Notes under the pieces: model-generated
What the model saw: the letters and a program-made list of their open reading frames with translations, nothing else
Told to the model about the DNA's origin: nothing
Databases searched by the model: none
Shown here: piece after piece, positions 38,201 through 48,636 of the stretch
Position numbering within the stretch: the stretch's first letter is position 1
How the letters are laid out: every line of letters starts with the position of its first letter
Program-made: the position numbers and the translations under genes
Assembly: GCF_000315625.1 (NCBI RefSeq)
Contig: NW_005434659.1
Span: 218,494 to 282,493 of the forward strand
Reading direction: 5' to 3'
DNA length: 64,000 nt
From: Guillardia theta CCMP2712
Taxonomy: Eukaryota > Protista > Cryptophyta

Positions 38201-40330
38201 CCGGAAGACACCATCATCGTCGAACACTTGCAAGCATCTTTTCGCCTGTTTGTAGTACCCCAGCATCACGTTCCTCCCTGCGACCTCGAGCTCATGTAAC
38301 TCGCACTCCGGCGAGACCTCCCCGGCCTGCTTCCGGAACAAGATCTTCGTTCCTGGCAGAGCTCTGCCAGAGTATCCGTGCCGGAACTTGGGCGAGCTGC
38401 TGTGAGTCTTGGTCAGTATCGTGAGTCCCTGGACTCCACTCGTCTCAGTCGCTCCGTACATGCACAGGACGGGCCTTCCTATACTCGCAAGCAGGTCTAG
38501 TGTGTCGCTGTCCACGCATGGCCCGAAGCATGCAGCGTACCTGCACTCGTCGAGCCCGACCGTCTCCCACATCTTTGAGAACACCAGCCTCTTCGCCAGC
38601 CCCCATGACGCCCCCTTGGACGAGTTCGGCTGCCCGCTCGCCAGCCCGATCCCCTGCTGCTTTTCTGCCACGGACTTGCCTCGCTCGAGGGCCCAGGAGA
38701 AGGTCTTGGCCTTGGTGCCGTGCGCTTCTGTGATCTGAGACTTGACGATGCCGGCGACCTGCTGCCAGAAGGGAGCACGTGCGATGACGTGGGTAGGCTT
38801 GATGGCCCTGAGGGCCGTGAGCATGTCCGAGAACTGCACGTCGTTGCGGATCGGGAAGGAGACAGAGCAGCCGGAGACCAGGGCCAAGTGAAGGCAGAAG
38901 ATCTGGGAGGTCGCACACGCCATGGGCAGGCAGGAAACGATCGAGTCCTTAACAGTCAGGTTCAGGTTGGCCTGGAGGGCTGATGCTGTCCAGGTAACAT
39001 TGTCGTGAGTCAGCATGACGGGCTTCTGAGAGCCCGTCGTTCCCTGAGTGGTCAAGATGCAGCAGCACCGGCCGGGCCGAAGATTCTTCTTCCTGTTGTC
39101 CAACTCCGCCGTGTGTTCTGCATCCTTGGAAACATCGAGGAACGAAGTCCATGTGTACACCCCGTACCAGTTGTTTCTTCGATCCCCAGTCCGCTTCTCT
39201 TCCAAGTCAAGGATCTGCTGAATCTGTGAAGGAGGTTTTTGGTTGTCGTTCCAGTACACGATATTCCTGAGGAACGGAAGCTCGTCCTTGACGTGGTAGA
39301 ACGAGCGGACGACGGTCTGGCTGGACGCTATGATGACCGAGGGCTCCAGATGCTTCACGTTTGCCAAGTGCGTCTCGAACGCGTCTTCTTCGAAGAGGCA
39401 GCAGGGGATACACCCTGCGCAGATCGACCCGAGGTAGGAAATCACCCATGTACAAGACCCATGACCGATCAGGCAGATCCTATCGTCCGCCTTGAACCCA
39501 CGTTTCACAAAGGCGTACGCGCTGGCATTGGTTTTCTCTGCAAGAGAGTCATAGGTCAGCTCTGTCCTCCTCTTCCCGTCTGCAGTGACGTCGGAGTAAG
39601 CCACATTGACTTCGAACTTCTTCGAGGCTTGGCGCAACACTTGCAGCACGGTAGTTGGAGTGGAACTGTATGCTTGATCAAAACATCGCCGAACGAGCTC
39701 GCGATCTAAGACTGAAGACCAGTTCTCCGCAAACTGAGGAGTCGAGTCTGTTCCCTGAGCAATGCCGCCACTCTCCATGGTCTCTTTCCTGCTGGAAGGC
39801 TGCACGGACACCTTCTTGGTTTGTTCTTGTTTCTCGACGTTCGGATGCCCCTGATTCTCCTCCTCGACAATCTCGCAGACGGCTTCTCTTGCTGCCTGCG
39901 ACTTTACACCCGATCCTGCAATTCCTTCTCGAGCTTTAATCGTGGAGCCTTGCTCCTCCGCCTGTGGAACAGACCCTACTGGCAAGGGCTGCCTTACAGC
40001 ATCAGCACGAGCAAGCAGCCTGGTAGCAGAGACTCACTTGCTCAGCCGATGGACTAGATAGATCCTTGTACTTGACATGCTTGTGCTGGAACAAACCATC
40101 TTAGTCGGATGCTAGCTTGAGACAGAACAAGTTGTACTGACCTCAGCGTTCGCTGGAAGGGAGTGCAACGCGTTGAAACACTGGGAGGAAAAGTAAAACT
40201 TGAGCAGCAGCGGTGAATATCTTCGTCAGAGTCAAATACTCACTTCAGTACAGAGATCTTGATAACAGTCTAGACAGAAATAAACTGAACCAGGAACATC
40301 ACACAGGGCACAGTTCGGTCGCTCAGTCAT
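35210..40330 (-). CDS. Fusion protein: B-box zinc finger + bubblegum-type long-chain acyl-CoA synthetase-like domain + duplicated ACS C-terminal subdomain + SEA-like domain + unknown C-terminal domain
   Basis: Exons 40330-40244, 40180-40142, 40085-40038, 39961-37818, 37752-37674, 37624-35753 and 35605-35210 all join in frame at GT-AG sites. AMP-binding family motifs include TTQGTTGSQKPVMLTHDNVTW, YGATETSG, GRNVMLGYYK and FSVEGGELTP. Confidence 0.85.
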
Positions 40331-41139
40331 GGATCATACAGCAATTGCATGCAAACTGTCAGATCAATCACTTGTTATCAAGGTCATTCCTGCAAGTATT
40401 CACTTCAATATCAACCCATGCATGCTCTCCACTCGACATTTCGAAACATTTCCCTTCTACCAACTCCTGGAGCTGAATCACTTCCCAACATCTATTCAAC
40501 CGATGAACATCTCGCCACCATCATATCTAAGAACTTTTGCACGATGTCAACTCGCTATCTTCCCATTGATCTACAACAAAAAACGGAGAACATCTTCACT
40601 GTCTTGTACTCATGTTGTCCTGCTAGGCAAGAATCCGCATCTATCTACAGAACCGACTTTCTCAGCTCTCATTGACTGCAAACAAGTCAATCTGATCACA
40701 AGCAACCATATCTTGATTCAAAATCCCATTGAAGTCTGTCGGTCGTTCTATTCTTTTTGATCCTGGCATGCTCTTGGAGCCGGACAGAGTTTGCGGTTCA
40801 ATTTGAGACAAAACCTTGACCTGCATCAAGGGAGCATACCCCATTCTCGCCTTCACATTTTCTCAACATGATCTTACACTTTTCTTCGCTTTCAGTCTCT
40901 TACTTCTATTCGCCAGACCTCTCATGACACGAAATTGTACTTCCGTCACCTCTTGTACCAAACCCCCACTTCACCTCTCTTAGTTCGTAGCTCTTGTTCT
41001 ATACTCTCCTGTCATGCTAGGCCTTGAAACTTGCTCTCTCGTGTTGTGCCATGCACTAATATACCCTCCTATGCCTTGCTTTCCCCTCCTATGCCCTCCC
41101 TCCTTCCCTCCTTGCCATCCTCTTCTCCTTCCCATCGCA

Positions 41140-41620
41140 TGATCCTCCTCTGCAAAAATGGAGGTGTTTGCTTTGGGGGTGGGGGTACTCACCCCCACCT
41201 CTCTTTCCATCTCTGTGTGCCCCAAAAATCTAGGAAACTATGGGGAGAAAGGACTACCCCCAATGAGGTAGTCTTCACACCCCACCCCGTAATAGTTTAC
41301 TGACCCAGCCTCCCCCGAACGCAAATAGGGGTAGGCACCCACAGCAAACTCACACAGAGGGTGGTAGGGGTGAGAGAAATACCCCTAATTCTTCCACTAG
41401 AACAGAGGAGAAGTACCTGGTGGGGTGGAAGGAGACTGCTGGCTGGACGAGGGTGGGGTCTCTGAATAAACCTGAATCGAGAATTAGTTAATAAAGTTTA
41501 GTTAATTTCGAGGGGTGGGGTAGTAAAACTCTAAAGGGGGGGTCATGAATTTGATGACCGACAATCAGAGGGAAGGGGGGGTGATATTCAAGGGTGGGGT
41601 GGTATCATGGCAGTTGGGAA
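41140..41620. promoter_or_regulatory. GGGGT-rich block in the divergent spacer between the ACS-fusion and NTF2-like genes
   Basis: gggggtgggggtactcaccccc, ggactaccccc, ggggtagg and repeated gggtgggg. Confidence 0.5.
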
Positions 41621-42255
41621 TGGCGGGAGAAGGGCACTGCGGTCAGAGAGGAAGAAGAAAAGATGGGAAAATGAGGAGACGAGGAGGCTAGGAGACGAGG
41701 AGGAGAGGTAGAGAGTCCGAAGAATGATCAAGAGGAGCCTATGGAGGGAGAATACTGACTAGTATGAGAATGAGAAGCGAAGGGAGGATGTGGTGTGAGT
41801 GAATTTTATGAGGGAAGGGGAGGACAGTGAAGATAAAGAATTAGAAGAAAGACCGAGCTGAGAAAGATACACAAGTATTGATCCAGGCTCATTGCAGAGA
41901 GTAACCCTGAAAAGCGATTGTGATTTTGGAGAGTTTGTAGTTTGCACCCTCGTTGCGGTCACCAATAGTAAGCAACGGGATGCAGAAGAATGAATCGATT
42001 CTAGTCGAACAACGATTCAGACTTTCTCCTCTTCTTCAGTAGACACATACAGCTTTCTTGAGGATATTGATCTAGCACTCAACCTGTTGAGGCATATGCA
42101 AGGCAACACTCTTCACACCTCTGCCAGTTTCCCTGTGCTCCTGGTTGCTGACGGTCAAAGCTGCAGGCGCTGGGATGGCAGTGATAGAGAGGAGTGAAGC
42201 CATGCCATTCCGACTTTGATTCGGTTCGCCGACGGGGGTAGAGCACAACGCAGTC

Positions 42256-45200
42256 ATGGACGATCAAGAAATCGCGAATCAATTCGCAAGCTTCTTCTTC
42301 AAGACGTTCGAGAAGGAACCGCAAGAGGTATGCAGCTCCTGCTGCTCTTTCTTATCTTGTTGTCAGAAAGTTGTTGAAACTTTGAAACACGTTTGTAACC
42401 TTGAACCTCTAGTTGTACAAGTTATATGCACCTTACTCGGCCAGATCTGAACTGATTTGTCGTGCCGGACATTCGCACGACAAACGAAGGTGATACCGAC
42501 ACAAGATGAAATGTTGTCGATCAACTTGATCTTGGCTGGCCCCTGTGAATGAGATGAAAGAGTTGCTTGCTAATCACTTGAACGGTCATTCTCCCTTGTA
42601 AACAAACAGTCCTTGTTATCGCTTGATGGTGCATACTGGCTGCTCTCCATCTGACTGGTGTCATCAGGCATGCCCAGACGATGAGGGGTGTGAAAGCCGA
42701 TGGCATACGGGAGATCTTTGGACTGGTAGTTGGAGTCTTGAGACAATGATGCGACTCATGTTGCGCTCTAGACGGAGCGAACAGTCAGATCGGGAGTGAA
42801 GTTTTGCATCAATGCAGTTTACAGGTGAAAACTCCTGCAGTTGTGCAGATGAGAGGTGTTGAGTGCTTGTTTTTTTTTCTAGCCAATCGCACAGTCAAAA
42901 CAAACTCACCGTGGTTGTCATTGGGGATTGCTCCTGCCCGCACGATGGCGAGGAGGGGGGGGAGCAAGACAGGCCTCTGCATGCAACCTTTGTACGTCTT
43001 GTACTTGTTCTTCTCGTGGATTTCTTAGTGACTTGTCATCGCACCAGATTGAAGTCTTCGAACTTGAAAGGGCCAATCGGGACATGGCCTACTACATATG
43101 CAGCGATGTTCTTCAAATGCATGAGAATGAAGCTAGGCAGCCGTCCTCGGACGACATGGAGGTGACATGCCTGGTCCGAAGAGACGAGCGTCTGACTTTG
43201 TACAGGGTCTGAATTTGACGGTTGAAATCCACAACATCAAGAGTCTCGTATCCTCCAGCCTGCAAGAGGTGAAATTCAAGAGAGGAGGGAGGGAGGTGAC
43301 CATGCCTGACACTTCCCCAAGATTGTCGATCAGACTGCTGATGTCATCAGAGAGATGAGAGAGACTCAAGACTTGCTGCAAGAGACTGAACAGTCGCTGA
43401 TCGAGAGCTCTTCCTACGCACTCCGAGACCTCGAAATGAAGCACAAGATGGCATTTGACCACATCGAGAAGCAGCTCGTCTCGCTCACGAAGCAGTTGGA
43501 GTACAAAGTATGCAAGATCGCCTCCTTGAACCTCGCTCCTCATGTGCACCCAGGACTTTGCCAGGAAGGAACTGCTCGCAGCGAAAGAATGCCTGGAGAA
43601 GAATCTCTCTAAGGCCAAGGCAGAGGGCATGGTAGGCGATGGCAACTGGGGTATATGTGAGTAACGACGTGTCGAAGTCTTTCAAACAGGAGCTGGAGGC
43701 GTGCAAGATGAAGATCGACGAGCTGAACATGAAGGGGAAGATTGCAGAGTCCGAGAGAGACAGCCTTGCAAGACAGGTGGAAGGAGGAGGGTCTTGACAT
43801 GTAGGAGTCACTGACTGATTGCTTCACGGCAGCTCGAGGGCGCCGATCTCGATCTGAGCCAGAGCAAGGTGAAGGAAGTTGTGGCTGTTTCCGTTGTGAG
43901 GACGAGCAGGCTGCTTATTCCCGGCTGGAGATATCTTCGGGTGAGAAGCTGCAGAAGACCAAAGATCTGCTGAAGAAGGTGAGGTGACCAAGGCAGCCAG
44001 ACGGACTGAATGACGTGGGCACATAGATGCTGGATTCGTACAAGCAGAAACAAGCTGAAGTCGAGAGCTTGCAGCAGGTGGAAGAGAGGAGGAAGGCGTC
44101 TTGCTCTCGTGATGAAATCTCGGGGTCGCAGGACTTCAACAGGATGAGATCACAGACTTTCCAGCTGGAGAAGAATGTCGAGCTACTCAGTGAGCAGCAG
44201 GAGTGCTGGAGACAAGACCGTCCTGACGTCTAGTGGCAGCGAAACAAAGAGACAACGCAATAGCAGAGCTTCTCGACTTCAGGTGACTCGTCGCTAGCGA
44301 TCAGTAGACGAAGACGACTGACTTTTACCCAGGGAAAACGTGGGGTAAGACGACGTTCCGTCGCCAGTTGATGGCACACTGCAGATGCTTCTCCTCCTCC
44401 TCCTCCTCCTCCTCCTCCTCCTCCTCCTCCTCCTCCTCCTCCTCCTCCTCCTCCTCCTCCTCCTCCTCCTCCTCCTCCTCCTCCTCCTCCTCCTCCTCCT
44501 TACCTCTTCAAACCTGCCAATCACTCGTATCCTTGCTAGGATCGTTCAAATCAGAACCAAACAACCGGCCAAAGACTTGGTGAGCTATCGATACCTCGGA
44601 AGAGAAGGTCTTCAACGGGCTGACTGGCAGTCACCTGGCAGTCTCAAAGCTTTGAACTGGAACGACATGCGCTGAACAGCACAATATCGAGCTTGAGGAC
44701 GCGAGTGGAGCGTCTGGTGCAGCCGCTGCTGTGAACGATGGCGGGGGTGACCCGCTGGCAGGAGGAGGAGAACAACGCGCTGCACACGACATCAGACAAG
44801 CTGAAGGATGATCTGGAGAACCTCAAAGTGATTCTGCTGCTGAATCGCAACGAGCTCTTGTCAAGCCTTGCCGCAGTTGAAGGAGGAGGAGAGCGCGATC
44901 GCTTCGTCCATGAAGATCGAGGGCTTGCAGGTACAAAAGGGGACAGAGCAACGCCCCTCCTTCTTTCCACCCTCCCCCCTTCCTTCTCTCCCTGCTGACG
45001 GCCGCACCCTCCTTGCAGGCGATGGTATCGCAATATGAAGGAAAGGAGCGAGAGATGCTTGCAGCGGTAGACAGGGAGCAACGGACGAAAGAAAGTTTGA
45101 AGGTACAAGAGTACAAGATGCTTCAAAGCTGATCGCGGGTTGCAGCAAGAGTTAGACCAGCTTCGAAAAGGTTTTTCTTGTGCTTCTGATTGAGATGGAA

Positions 45201-45856
45201 AGAGTTTCTCATTGTGCATAGATTTACAAAATCGGAGAGAGGAGCTCGAGAGCGCGCAAAGGGAGGCAGTGCTATGGAAAGAGAAGGTGAGCAAGAGACG
45301 TGTCTTTCGACTGCTCCTGATCCCTCGACTTACAGGTAGAGAGTCACGAAGTCAGCCTCAAGAGGCTCAGGGAGAAGATCGCGAGGCTAGAGGAGCTGGA
45401 CACGTTGCATCGCAAGGAGAAGGTAAAGATGACGGGCTCAACGTGCTGTCACTTTCTAACACGCCGACAGAACTGTCTGTCGTTGCAGTCCAACTCTTAT
45501 GCTGAGAAATGTGGCAACTTGGAGAGGTAAGCCTCGCCTCCCTCCTGCCAAGTTTTTCACGCTCCCTGCCCAGAGCTCTTGCGAACGCCCTGAGGGAGCG
45601 AGAAGGAGTAGAAGAGATGCTTCGACTGGCAGAGGAGAGCATTGGTGAAAGACCTGTCCATGTCCTCAACCGTCTTCCTGACAAGTGCTCCATGCAATCA
45701 GTTGACGAGACCAGAAGACGAGAAGAGCTGGAGAGAAGGTTTCTAGAGCAGATATCTGATGTTGTCTTCAACCTTCCCTCTCTCTCCTCCTCGCTCACAG
45801 CCGTGCAGATGAAAGAGGAATTCGAAGCCAAGTTGGAGCTGGCAGTGGTCAAGTGA
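42256..45856 (+). CDS. NTF2-like domain + long coiled-coil protein (many small exons)
   Basis: Spliced N-terminus EIANQFASFFFKTFEKEPQELYKLYAPYS...FCINAVYSQSHSQNKLTVVVIGD...FIEVFELER..YYICSDVLQ matches the NTF2 fold pattern. The rest is heptad-rich and ends ...EFEAKLELAVVK*. Confidence 0.7.
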
Positions 45857-45917
45857 AGATGGTGGTTGTACTATAGCGGGCTGTAATGCCAGTGTGTAAC
45901 TGAGTCCTGCGGTCAAC

Positions 45918-48511
45918 TCAGGACGTGTGACTAGTGTAGAGTAAGTGATAAAGATAAACCCAAGGCTGGTGCTCTCCCTCTCTCCTACCTTGTTGGCAGG
46001 TCTTGTTGTCTGCTGCACGACAAACGTCAGCGTTCAGGGCCCAGCTGCGGGTCGAGCTCACAGCGGCCAGGGTGTGTCGAGGAGCTGAAGCCTCTCCCAC
46101 CTTCTTCAGCTTCATCACCGCCTTCTTAGCGAGAGCTGAGAAACGTCGATCAGTGACGAGCCCCCACCCCGTTAGGACTAACCGAAGTGATCACGGGGGG
46201 TGGGCTTGTCAGCCACGGGGGGCGCCAGCAAGCCGGAGAAGACGACGGTCTTCATGCTGAAAGGTTTGTTCCCCCCGCTCCTGCCTCCTCCCTGCGCGTC
46301 TCCGGGGCCGGGGCTCTTGGTGGAACGTTTCTCCTCCTGCAGCAAGGGCTTTTGCTCTTGATTCACAGCGGAGGAAGAGGAGGGTTCTTTCGTCGGGGGG
46401 GAGAGGGGGTCCACGACTATCGCAAACGCTCCCATGCAGCGAGCGATGGCCTCCGCTCGCTTCCGACGGATCTCCTCCTTCTTCGCCTCCCACATCCTTG
46501 ACTTGATCTTCCATCGCTCCTCCAGCTTCTGCGCTATGACCTTGCGAGGACCTTCAAGCTTCGAATGAGCCGCGCTTCTGCTCGACGACACCGCGTCCAC
46601 TCCCTCCTCCTTTCCCACAGGCACTGACTGCCTTGCTCCTCCGCTCCCCTCCCGCATCTCGTTCGAGTTTGACTGGGGAAGTTTCGCATCCCCAGTCCGC
46701 TCCTCCTCCTCCTCCCTCGCAACAAGGTCTCGCAGATCCTTCAAACTCTTCATCTCGCTCAGATGGCTGAACGTCTCTGACACTCTCCGCGCTGTCTCCA
46801 CCCGCACCTCCCTCACAGTCTCTTGCACTCTCTTCATGCCGCTCTTCTGCCACATCCTCGAGACTTCGGACTGGATGGCCGTTAGCTTCTCGTCAAAGAA
46901 AGTCCCCACGTCGTCAAAGTCTTTGACGTTGTCGGGTCCGGTCTGATCCGCGTGCAGAGCATCATCATCATCATCATCATCATCATCGTTGCGGAAGCTA
47001 GCGAGAAGTGACTTGTGGAAATCTTGAATGCGATGGCACAAAGAGAGGACCTGAGAACGAGAGAGAGAGAGAGCCTTGCTGTTCGCCTTCGACCTCGACT
47101 GGCTAACATGGCGAGTCTGCAAAGAGACTCGGGCTGAGGCAGACGGCGAGGCTTCAGGGTCGGGATCGTCATGCGGAGAAGGGACGGCGAGTAAATCTGA
47201 GGCAGGGGAGGCATCGGAGGGGTATGACTCTTCCTGATCGTTCGAGTCATCAAGTAGAGGAGAAGAGTTTTCAACGCTCTGTCCTCCTTTCGTTTGTTTT
47301 GACTCCCCCGGCTTCCTTTGGTTGCTTTTCAACGCCTGGAGGGTCTGTTGGAAGACATTGCCAGACATCTTGGCTTGATTGTTCTTGAGCGTCTGAATCT
47401 GCTTCGATTGAAACTTGACCTTGTTCTCCAATGCTGCAAGGAACCCCTTCAGCCTCTCGGCCTCCGCCTGACTCTCCTCCTCGATCTTGCTCTTCTCTGC
47501 CTGCAGCTGCTCGCTCGCTCGCTGCAGCTTCCTAATGTCGTGAGGAATCTGTTGCAGCGCCTTGTCGATCTTGTCGTCGTCGATCGAGAGGTCGGCAAAC
47601 ATCTGACCATCAACAGCTCTCCTCGACGCTACCAAAATGTCCCTTTGCATGTCGATCTCTGCCAGGAACGCCTGATCAGCTTCGGCGTTCTTCATAGCGA
47701 GAGACTGCAGCGCCTCCGTCAGCTGCTTCTGCAGCCTCTTCTTCTCTTCTTCCTTCTGCTGCACAACCGCTCGAAGCTCTTCCAGCTCCGTCTTCGTCTT
47801 CGCCAGCTCCCACTCCATCTGCGCCGTCTGCGCTGTCGACGGAGCCTCCCGCAAACTCTGCAGCTGGTTCTCGATGTCTGTGCCATTCTTACGGCGCTCA
47901 CGGACGGCGTCTTGATCGATGGCTCGCCATAGCTGCTCCTCGCGGAATCTGAGCTTTTCCTTGAGGACCAAGGTCATCATCGTCAGCCGCTTGTTGTTCT
48001 TGTCTTGCCGCTCCAGGCTCTCGACGAGTCGGTTCACCTGGGAGTTGAAGGAGAAGAACTGCTCGGAGAGCTTCTTCCTCAGTACCTTGTGATCCGAGTG
48101 AGCGGTTGTGATGAGGCTGTCGGAAATCTGCTGCAGCGACGTCTTCAACAGCCTCGCTTGCTCCAGACTCTTCGTGACCTTGTCCGTCGTGACGTCATCG
48201 AGGTCTATGGCTGTCCGCATCTCCTCGTCCAGCTGCTGGGTCACCTCCTTGTCGTCGAACCAGCCCTTCAACTCCTGCAGCGAGTCTCTCTGCTCCCCTC
48301 CCTCCCCTTCAGCCCAGGACTCATCCCCGGTAAACATGCGATCCCCACGTAGCAGCCTGTCGTTGTCTCTCTCCGACGAGTCCAGCATCTCTTCCGTGCT
48401 CATGATCGCCATGAAAATCTTCTCGAGCGTCATGCTCTGCTCGTTGACGAGCGTCTGCAGGGTTCGCTCCCCCTCCTGCCCCCCACGCTCCTCCTCCCCT
48501 GCCATCTCCAT
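45918..48511 (-). CDS. Coiled-coil hypothetical protein; 3' end uncertain
   Basis: 784-codon open frame with typical codon usage and heptad repeats, spliced to a further exon near 46135. Confidence 0.7.
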
Positions 48512-48636
48512 CCCCGGGCGGGTAGCAACCACGCCGGATTAAAAATCATAGTAAATTAATATATGATTTTAAAACGACAGTACAGATAAAATCAGTTTTA
48601 AATGCTTGATGGGGGTTGTCAAGCCGAAGCGACAAG

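Noticed and set aside
43618-43690. Possible GC donor (AAG|GCAGAG) in the NTF2-like gene
   Set aside because: An in-frame canonical GT donor lies 12 nt downstream.
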